Part shown: positions 9,122 through 15,807 of the stretch, piece by piece
Layout of the letters: every line of letters begins with the position of its first letter
Numbering within the stretch: position 1 is the stretch's first letter
Source of the DNA: Moraxella nasicaprae
Lineage (GTDB): Bacteria; Pseudomonadota; Gammaproteobacteria; Pseudomonadales; Moraxellaceae
Direction: 5' to 3'
DNA: 32,000 nucleotides
Assembly (NCBI RefSeq): GCF_025643275.1
Contig: NZ_CP089977.1
Coordinates: 210,001 to 242,000, forward strand
Position numbers and translations under genes: made by a program
Notes under the pieces: generated by a model
Seen by the model: the letters and a program-made list of their open reading frames with translations, nothing else
Told to the model about the DNA's origin: nothing
The model's database searches: none

Positions 9122-11771
9122 AAATCGCTTGATTGTTGATAGTACTAGGTCTAACGACCTTATTTAATTTCTACTATTGTAGATATAGTACTAGCAGACG
9201 GCTTCATTAAGGTCTAACGACCTTATTTAATTTCTACTATTGTAGATACGCCCACAGTCCTGCTCGTTGGGCTTGTCTAACGACCTTATTTAATTTCTAC
9301 TATTGTAGATCAGGGTGTCAATCTGTGCCACGCCGATTGTCTAACGACCTTATTTAATTTCTACTATTGTAGATCGAAATTTTTTCCAGCAAAAACACAA
9401 GGTCTAACGACCTTATTTAATTTCTACTATTGTAGATATCGCTACATTTATTGGTAGCCAGTAGGTCTAACGACCTTATTTAATTTCTACTATTGTAGAT
9501 ACATGAAAAAACTCACACCTCTACTGTCTAACGACCTTATTTAATTTCTACTATTGTAGATTGGTGCAGACGGTGTTGTTGTGAACGGTCTAACGACCTT
9601 ATTTAATTTCTACTATTGTAGATGTCAATACTTGATTTCATCAGACAAAAGTCTAACGACCTTATTTAATTTCTACTATTGTAGATGTCGATGATATTAT
9701 GAACCAAAATAGCGTCTAACGACCTTATTTAATTTCTACTATTGTAGATTATGACGCTAATGTACTATATATTATTGTCTAACGACCTTATTTAATTTCT
9801 ACTATTGTAGATTTGTCAATATAATATCTTATAAAATCAGTCTAACGACCTTATTTAATTTCTACTATTGTAGATATAAGCTACAAAAACTTGCATACTT
9901 ATGTCTAACGACCTTATTTAATTTCTACTATTGTAGATTGTAGAGTCATCGTTTTCTGGCTTGCGTCTAACGACCTTATTTAATTTCTACTATTGTAGAT
10001 ATTTTCGCCTGTGGCGGCTGCCATTTTTGTCTAACGACCTTATTTAATTTCTACTATTGTAGATAGCATTGGCAAGTTTAGCATTTGTGGCGGTCTAACG
10101 ACCTTATTTAATTTCTACTATTGTAGATCATCTGTTAGCATAAGTTGTACCATGTGTCTAACGACCTTATTTAATTTCTACTATTGTAGATAATGCGTCC
10201 ACCACCCACAAGCTCACTTGTCTAACGACCTTATTTAATTTCTACTATTGTAGATGTAACCCTGATTTGGGGTTACGAAACAGTCTAACGACCTTATTTA
10301 ATTTCTACTATTGTAGATAACAAGGCGTTGCCCCAGAACAGGCACGTCTAACGACCTTATTTAATTTCTACTATTGTAGATTATGACACGACAAATTATT
10401 CAATGACGAGTCTAACGACCTTATTTAATTTCTACTATTGTAGATACGGTTGGCTCATCATCGCTGAGGAAGGTCTAACGACCTTATTTAATTTCTACTA
10501 TTGTAGATTTAGAACTCCTATGAAAGTTCCAGTAGTCTAACGACCTTATTTAATTTCTACTATTGTAGATCCATCAGACATTATGCAAGCCCAGTTTGTC
10601 TAACGACCTTATTTAATTTCTACTATTGTAGATATAAAATATCACTCCTTAATGATAATCTGTCTAACGACCTTATTTAATTTCTACTATTGTAGATATA
10701 AATTATTACAGCGTAACATTAACATAGTCTAACGACCTTATTTAATTTCTACTATTGTAGATGAAACGGAACGCTAGACCAAACGCACATGTCTAACGAC
10801 CTTATTTAATTTCTACTATTGTAGATATATCGCCGCTGGCAATTTTGCGTTCAGTCTAACGACCTTATTTAATTTCTACTATTGTAGATCTAAACCAAGC
10901 CACGACATTGTTCACGTCTAACGACCTTATTTAATTTCTACTATTGTAGATCATGACAACGACAAGCAGACAAAAATAAGTCTAACGACCTTATTTAATT
11001 TCTACTATTGTAGATTTATTTATTATAATTATATGTCTAACGACCTTATTTAATTGCTACTATTGTAGATAATAATCGCATGGCGTATCATCTACTCGTC
11101 TAACGACCTTATTTAATTTCTACTATTGTAGATTTGTAACGCTACATTGTAGCAGGGATTAGTCTAACGACCTTATTTAATTTCTACTCCTGTAGATAAA
11201 TTAGCTTGGAATTGTGGTAAACCTTGTCTAACGACCTTATTTAATTTCTACTCCTGTAGATTAAAATGGTCGCTACCCACACCGCCACGTCTAACGACCT
11301 TATTTAATTTCTACTCCTGTAGATAAAGGTAGCGACGGGTGTGTCTTTTGTCGTCTAACGACCTTATTTAATTTCTACTCCTGTAGATCTAAATATAATG
11401 GTGTTGGTCTATGAGGTCTAACGACCTTATTTAATTTCTACTCCTGTAGATTCGATTAAGAGAATCAGGAGTGAGCTTGTCTAACGACCTTATTTAATTT
11501 CTACTCCTGTAGATAAAGTAAGTATCGGTTGCTTTTTTGCGGGGTCTAACGACCTTATTTAATTTCTACTCCTGTAGATTTTAGCCAATCGTAATATTCT
11601 TGTGAGTGTCTAACGACCTTATTTAATTTCTACTCCTGTAGATCAAACTGTGCCAAGATGTCACGATTATCTGTCTAACGACCTTATTTAATTTCTACTC
11701 CTGTAGATCAGAGCTTGACCGTGATACATATCCCGGTCTAACGACCTTATTTAATTTCTACTCCTGTAGAT

Positions 11772-12053
11772 TTGTCAATAGAAATTTTTTAAAAAATAAG
11801 TCTAACGACCTTATTTAATTTCTACTCCTGTAGATACAATCAGATAAAATATTGTCTAGTAAGTCTAACGACCTTATTTAATTTCTACTCCTGTAGATTT
11901 GTCAATAGAAATTTTTTAAAAAATAAGTCTAACGACCTTATTTAATTTCTACTCCTGTAGATACAATCAGATAAAATATTGTCTAGTAAGTCTAACGACC
12001 TTATTTAATTTCTACTCCTGTAGATTTGTCAATAGAAATTTTTTAAAAAATAA
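11772..12053 (+). repeat. Tandem duplication inside the array: two-spacer unit in A-B-A-B-A order, 127-bp period
   Basis: A = TTGTCAATAGAAATTTTTTAAAAAATAA starts at 11772, 11899 and 12026. B = ACAATCAGATAAAATATTGTCTAGTAA starts at 11836 and 11963. Confidence 0.95.
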
Positions 12054-12552
12054 GTCTAACGACCTTATTTAATTTCTACTCCTGTAGATCAATAAACCCA
12101 TTTTCATCTACTTTATGTCTAACGACCTTATTTAATTTCTACTCCTGTAGATCAGGTACTTATGCCATTGATGTCAAAGTCTAACGACCTTATTTAATTT
12201 CTACTCCTGTAGATGAACGGTTCGCCATTTCTATCAAGTTGTCTAACGACCTTATTTAATTTCTACTCATGTAGATAACGAATGACTTATCTTCTTTACA
12301 TTCAATGTCTAACGACCTTATTTAATTTCTACTATTGTAGATACGGTTGGCTCATCATCGCTTAGAAAGTCTAACGACCTTATTTAATTTCCAGTATTGT
12401 AGATCTAGAACAATATTCATAGCAGCAAACCAGTCCCTGTCATCGTACGAATGACACTCATTGCTCCACCAATCATCGCAGACGCACTAATAACAATTGA
12501 TAATTCGGTTACAATATTCCTAAGTTATTTCAACCAGACAAGAGGGTGCGAT

Positions 12553-12741
12553 ATGGCTTGGCTAATGATACCTTTTATAATCTTGATGTTTTTCTTGGTG
12601 GTATTTATTGCCTTATTGCCTTTTGTTGTTGCGACTTGTATCTATGACCAATACCAAATTTCAAAACGCAATAAGCAGGCTGTCAAAAAAGACTGGGACA
12701 GGCTGATAGCAAGACTTGAAAACAAGCAACCAATTTCCTAA
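12553..12741 (+). CDS. Small single-pass membrane protein, 62 aa, function unknown
   Basis: ATG 12553 is preceded by GAGGG (12542-12546). The translation MAWLMIPFIILMFFLVVFIALLPFVVATCIY is one hydrophobic helix followed by a basic tail. The upstream part of track ORF 12451 looks non-coding. Confidence 0.45.
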   Translation: MAWLMIPFIILMFFLVVFIALLPFVVATCIYDQYQISKRNKQAVKKDWDRLIARLENKQPIS

Positions 12742-12968
12742 CCCCCACCCCTTCCATATCCCGCCTTGACTTGGCGGGATAGTTGTTTTAGCCAGACATC
12801 AAAGTCATCAAGACTAAGCTCATCAATGACTTGACTGTTCCACCCATACCACCACGCAAGGTCAGCAATGGCATCATAGAGCTTATCAAGCCAGTTGGGG
12901 TCAGGTTTTTTGCCTGTGTTATTCGCTAAATTTGCGAAAAGTGTCTTGGATTTGGTTTGACATAACAA
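12738..12968 (-). pseudogene. GpE-family-like phage tail protein fragment
   Basis: The segment DLAWWYGWNSQVIDELSLDDFDVWLKQLSRQ resembles the short P2 GpE motif (FHWPPSE..L.EL..W) as I remember it. The ORF has only a TTG start and no in-frame ATG. It is isolated from any tail module. Confidence 0.35.
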
Positions 12969-12996
12969 ACTCCGTAAATAAAAGGTTAAAAAAATA

Positions 12997-13022
12997 CGCT
13001 CATCAAACGATGAGCGAATTTT
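12997..13022. terminator. Orphan hairpin CGCTCATC-AAAC-GATGAGCG with flanking A/T runs
   Basis: An 8-bp perfect stem at 12997-13004 / 13009-13016. A T-run follows on the minus strand (A-run 12990-12994) and a weaker AATTTT follows on the plus strand. No intact gene obviously ends here. Confidence 0.4.
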
Positions 13023-13595
13023 GGGCGAAAATGGCTTTGGCGGTAGTCCTGTTGCCAGTCATTTGTTTGATAAACTTTGGTATGACAAAGCCCGCCAAGC
13101 CCTAGGACAAAAACAGGCTCTGCAAGAGATTGCCAAAGATATGGTATCTGATGTGCGAGTAGCAGGGTTTTTGGCGTGGGTTCGCCAAAGTCAAAGAATG
13201 GTAATTCTCAAAGACGAACCTATGGTATTGGCGTGGTGTCCGAACCTGTACTTACCAAAATTGCCGAGCAAGGAGTGGATGAATTAAGTCCTGTGGTGGG
13301 CTTTCGTGATACAATTATTGTAGGACACAAGGCTACTCGTCATACCATCAATAATGATGTACTGGACCTTCAAGCCTTAGAAAAAATCATCAAAGATTTT
13401 AACAAGCCCGACTTTGAACTGTGGGACACTCAAAATAAAACGGTATTATTAGCGTATCAAGTGGCAGATAAAATCGCTAAACTGACTTTAAAAACCAATA
13501 AGGGTAATATTGAAGTGATTTCTGGCTTTTATGTAGATATGCAGACAATCAACGCAGGAATTGCAGGTGGCGAGTATATTAAGATTGGACAATAA
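13021..13595 (+). pseudogene. Phage head-morphogenesis-module gene remnant split across two frames
   Basis: Track ORFs 13021-13287 and 13176-13595 overlap in different frames. The longer one has no ATG (GTG only). The remnant lies directly upstream of a Mu gpG-like gene, where Mu-like phages carry the F-like gene. This is consistent with a frameshifted, 5'-truncated remnant. Confidence 0.35.
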
Positions 13596-13712
13596 AAATC
13601 CGCCACTTCGTCTGAATCGAACAGATTAAAAACACAATTGCTTGCGTCCAGACCCCGTGCCTGACCCCGTAGCGGAATGACTTCATTATACCAAACTTAG
13701 GAAACTTTGCCA

Positions 13713-14195
13713 ATGCTCATCATCAACCTAGACGACAGCCAAGCTCAACGCACTTTGGCTCAATTATTAAGAAATGCCAGCAATAGCCGTGTCATTATGC
13801 AAGGACTTGCCACAGAATTAGAGACAATGACAGCCGATAACTTTGAAAATGAAGCCTTTGGTGGACAGGCGTGGGTGCGTAAAGCCTTTGGTGATGGAAA
13901 AACCCTAACCAATACAAGCGAGCTAAGAGATAGCATTACAAGCTCGGCAAGCAGTACAACCGCCACCGTCGGCACCAATATGATTTATGCCCGCATTCAT
14001 CATTTTGGTGGTACAATCACCCCAAAGCAAAAATCCCATCTTGTCTTTGCCACCCCAAATGGTTTTGCCAAGGTCAAATCGGTAACACTACCCGCTCGCC
14101 CATTTTTACCCGTTTCCTCTGATGGGCAATTACAAAGCGATGGCGATAGACGATTGATAGAAGTTGCCCTATCCGCCCTAACATCTGGCACCTAA
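13713..14195 (+). CDS. Phage virion morphogenesis protein (Mu gpG-like family)
   Basis: ATG 13713 with AGGAAA upstream. MLIINLDD..FENEAFGGQAW...TNMIYARIHHFGG...LPARPFLP matches my memory of the Mu G / Phage_tail_S family signature (IH.FGG ... ARPFL). Confidence 0.65.
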   Translation: MLIINLDDSQAQRTLAQLLRNASNSRVIMQGLATELETMTADNFENEAFGGQAWVRKAFGDGKTLTNTSELRDSITSSASSTTATVGTNMIYARIHHFGGTITPKQKSHLVFATPNGFAKVKSVTLPARPFLPVSSDGQLQSDGDRRLIEVALSALTSGT

Positions 14196-14238
14196 AAACC
14201 ACCCGCCAGTTTATGTGTTCAAATAAGGCAATAAAAAA

Positions 14239-14262
14239 ACAGGTATTTTTACCTGTCTTTTC
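14239..14262. terminator. Rho-independent terminator (bidirectional)
   Basis: ACAGGTA-TTTT-TACCTGT at 14239-14256 is followed by CTTTT and preceded by an A7 run. Confidence 0.7.
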
Positions 14263-14445
14263 CCAAAAACTCAAAATTTACACCCTGACCAACTTGTTGC
14301 ACCCAGTGTAACGCCCTTGCAAAATGGTCTGTCTTAACTTGTCCCACATCGTTTTACATTATCCCATTTATTGCAGAGTGTGTGGTTGGTTTATTGTGGT
14401 GGGGATTACCCCACCTTGTAAAGTGGGGGTTTGTTGTATATTATA

Positions 14446-14931
14446 TTAATTGCAAGCACCAGCACCTTTTGCACCATATTCTGCCTGTTCTTTAGTAAAC
14501 TTATCGCCATGTTTTGATGATAGTTGATCAACCAGGCCTTTGCAAGAAAAGCCTTTAAACTCCAAGTAGTTTTTAGCAGCTATAACAGCTTGCTCATTCC
14601 AATCAACATCAAGGCTATCCACAGCAACAGTAGCGTCTTTCTTACTATATCCATCGCCATACTCCGATGATAGTTGTGCAATCAGACCATCACGAGAAAA
14701 ACCCTTAAAGTCTAAATAATTTTCAGCCGAACGCACCGCATTTTTTTGTGATGCAGTTAATGTAAGCTCTTCAGGTTTTGTTACTTCGGTTGCATCAGCC
14801 TTAGCTTCAGCTACAGGCTCTGACTTAGCAGTATCAGTCTTGGGCTTATTATCGCCAAGCATCGCCGTAACAAAACCAAATGCAATCAACGCTATGATTG
14901 CATAAAAAACAAACTTAAAAAACTTTTTCAT
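14446..14931 (-). CDS. Ltp-family (host cell surface-exposed) superinfection-exclusion-like protein, membrane anchored, 161 aa
   Basis: An N-terminal hydrophobic anchor (MKKFFKFVFYAIIALIAFGFVTAML) is followed by two tandem Ltp repeats. These are QKNAVRSAENYLDFKGFSRDGLIAQLSSEYGDGYSKKDATVAVDSL and NEQAVIAAKNYLEFKGFSCKGLVDQLSSKHGDKFTKEQAEYG. A GGAG RBS is present. Confidence 0.75.
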   Translation of the reverse strand: MKKFFKFVFYAIIALIAFGFVTAMLGDNKPKTDTAKSEPVAEAKADATEVTKPEELTLTASQKNAVRSAENYLDFKGFSRDGLIAQLSSEYGDGYSKKDATVAVDSLDVDWNEQAVIAAKNYLEFKGFSCKGLVDQLSSKHGDKFTKEQAEYGAKGAGACN

Positions 14932-14962
14932 TTATGTACTCCTCTATTAAATCTGAGCTTAC

Positions 14963-14991
14963 ATAATACACAAACTGTTACATTAAAGCAA
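14963..14991 (-). promoter_or_regulatory. Sigma70-type promoter candidate for the Ltp-like gene
   Basis: On the minus strand: TTGCTT (complement of 14986-14991), a 17-nt spacer, then TATTAT (complement of 14963-14968). It lies about 30 nt upstream of the ATG. Confidence 0.5.
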
Positions 14992-15076
14992 TAGACTGCT
15001 ACAATTTATCTACCGTGTTATAAGACCATCTACGAAAATTATCGCCATCATTTTTTACACCAAAAAGGTTTAAATT

Positions 15077-15110
15077 AAAAAACCCAAGTTTTGGCAAACT
15101 TGGGTTTTTG
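15077..15110. terminator. Bidirectional rho-independent terminator
   Basis: A 9-bp stem ACCCAAGTT (15082-15090) / AACTTGGGT (15097-15105) is flanked by an A-run and a T-run. It lies downstream of the minus-strand toxin/immunity cluster. Confidence 0.75.
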
Positions 15111-15125
15111 CTTATTTAGATTTTT

Positions 15126-15314
15126 TCACTTTTTCTTATTCATCTCAGCAAGTTCAAGCCCATCAATCTTAAAAACAATCTCATCAATCAGCCATCTAGG
15201 CAGATGGCATGGATAGACCGCCAAGACGCTTGAAATATCCGCCACCGTCAAAGGCAAGCCCACCCCATCAATATAACGCCTAGCACGACTTGCCAGCACA
15301 AAGATTTTAATCAT
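15126..15314 (-). CDS. Hypothetical 62-aa ORF (possibly a gene fragment)
   Basis: It has an ATG start but no recognisable RBS and no family I recognise. It is more GC-rich than its neighbours. Confidence 0.2.
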   Translation of the reverse strand: MIKIFVLASRARRYIDGVGLPLTVADISSVLAVYPCHLPRWLIDEIVFKIDGLELAEMNKKK

Positions 15315-15339
15315 TTGGTCTGCGATGGGGTTAGATGGC

Positions 15340-15807
15340 TCAGCCTTTGGCGGTGTTTTGCCTAGCTTTCTGTGAGCTAATCCCCCATTTTTCAGGATAT
15401 TTTACCGAACATCTATCATTTGGGTCATTAAGCCAGCTTTTGGCTCTCAAAGATAACTTACTTAGCTTTTGATAGATTTTCTGATGTTCTGCCAAGTTAA
15501 GGGTTTCAACTTGGTTATTGCTAAGATTGATGCGTTTAAGCTGTAAATTAGGGTCGAAGTAGCAATCAGCTTCTGGCCATATACCATCAATGGCCGTGTA
15601 ATAAACAAAGCCATTAGTATATTTAAAGTCATTGACATAATATTCGGCAAAATTCCTGTCATTTTCTTTAAATAAAAAATAGTCCATCGGTGAATTCTCT
15701 GATGCTTCAAAATAATAACTGCCAAAATGCGTTCTTGAAATCATAAAAACCCAGAAAATTAGGAATATTGTGCATAAAGCAATCATATAGAGAAATAATT
15801 TTTTCAT
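15340..15807 (-). CDS. Putative immunity protein, N-terminally membrane-anchored, 155 aa
   Basis: Its ATG overlaps the stop of the upstream toxin-like ORF (ATGA, 15804-15807). The N-terminal helix is MKKLFLYMIALCTIFLIFWVFMI and the remainder is predicted periplasmic. The gene is AT-rich. Confidence 0.55.
   Translation of the reverse strand: MKKLFLYMIALCTIFLIFWVFMISRTHFGSYYFEASENSPMDYFLFKENDRNFAEYYVNDFKYTNGFVYYTAIDGIWPEADCYFDPNLQLKRINLSNNQVETLNLAEHQKIYQKLSKLSLRAKSWLNDPNDRCSVKYPEKWGISSQKARQNTAKG

Larger units (their letters stand above)
6938..12404 (+). CRISPR. Type V-A CRISPR array: 87 x 36-bp repeats, 86 spacers
   Basis: The repeat is GTCTAACGACCTTATTTAATTTCTACTATTGTAGAT and its 3' end forms the Cas12a handle stem-loop TCTAC-TATT-GTAGA. 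Spacers are 25-30 bp except one of 19 bp. Orientation is set by the handle at the repeat 3' end, the upstream cas genes and leader, and a degenerate terminal repeat (TCCAGTATTGTAGAT) at 12369-12404. Counts were made by hand and agree with the ~63-bp period. Confidence 0.98.

Noticed and set aside
7933-9123. Track ORFs 7933-8145, 8371-8712 and 8938-9123 (repeating LTTLFNFYYCR peptides)
   Set aside because: They are read-through translations of the CRISPR repeats. The periodic identical peptide is the repeat itself, not a gene.
10256-10282. Spacer 53 contains a hairpin GTAACCC-N7-GGGTTAC
   Set aside because: It probably just reflects a terminator-like target site. A single case gives no evidence of function, although it could impair that crRNA.
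7225-11672. 10-mer CTGTGCCAAG shared by spacer 5 (3' end, 7225-7251) and spacer 75 (internal, 11644-11672), and a 9-mer shared by spacers 69 and 70
   Set aside because: Unanchored 9-10-mer matches among about 74 spacers are expected roughly once or more by chance. The flanking bases do not extend the match.
14397-14436. GTGGGG-ATTA-CCCCAC-CTTGTAAA-GTGGGG alternative hairpins downstream of the Ltp-like gene
   Set aside because: There is no T-run on the strand of the adjacent gene. It could be a weak terminator or a phage remnant, and the support is insufficient for any specific call.
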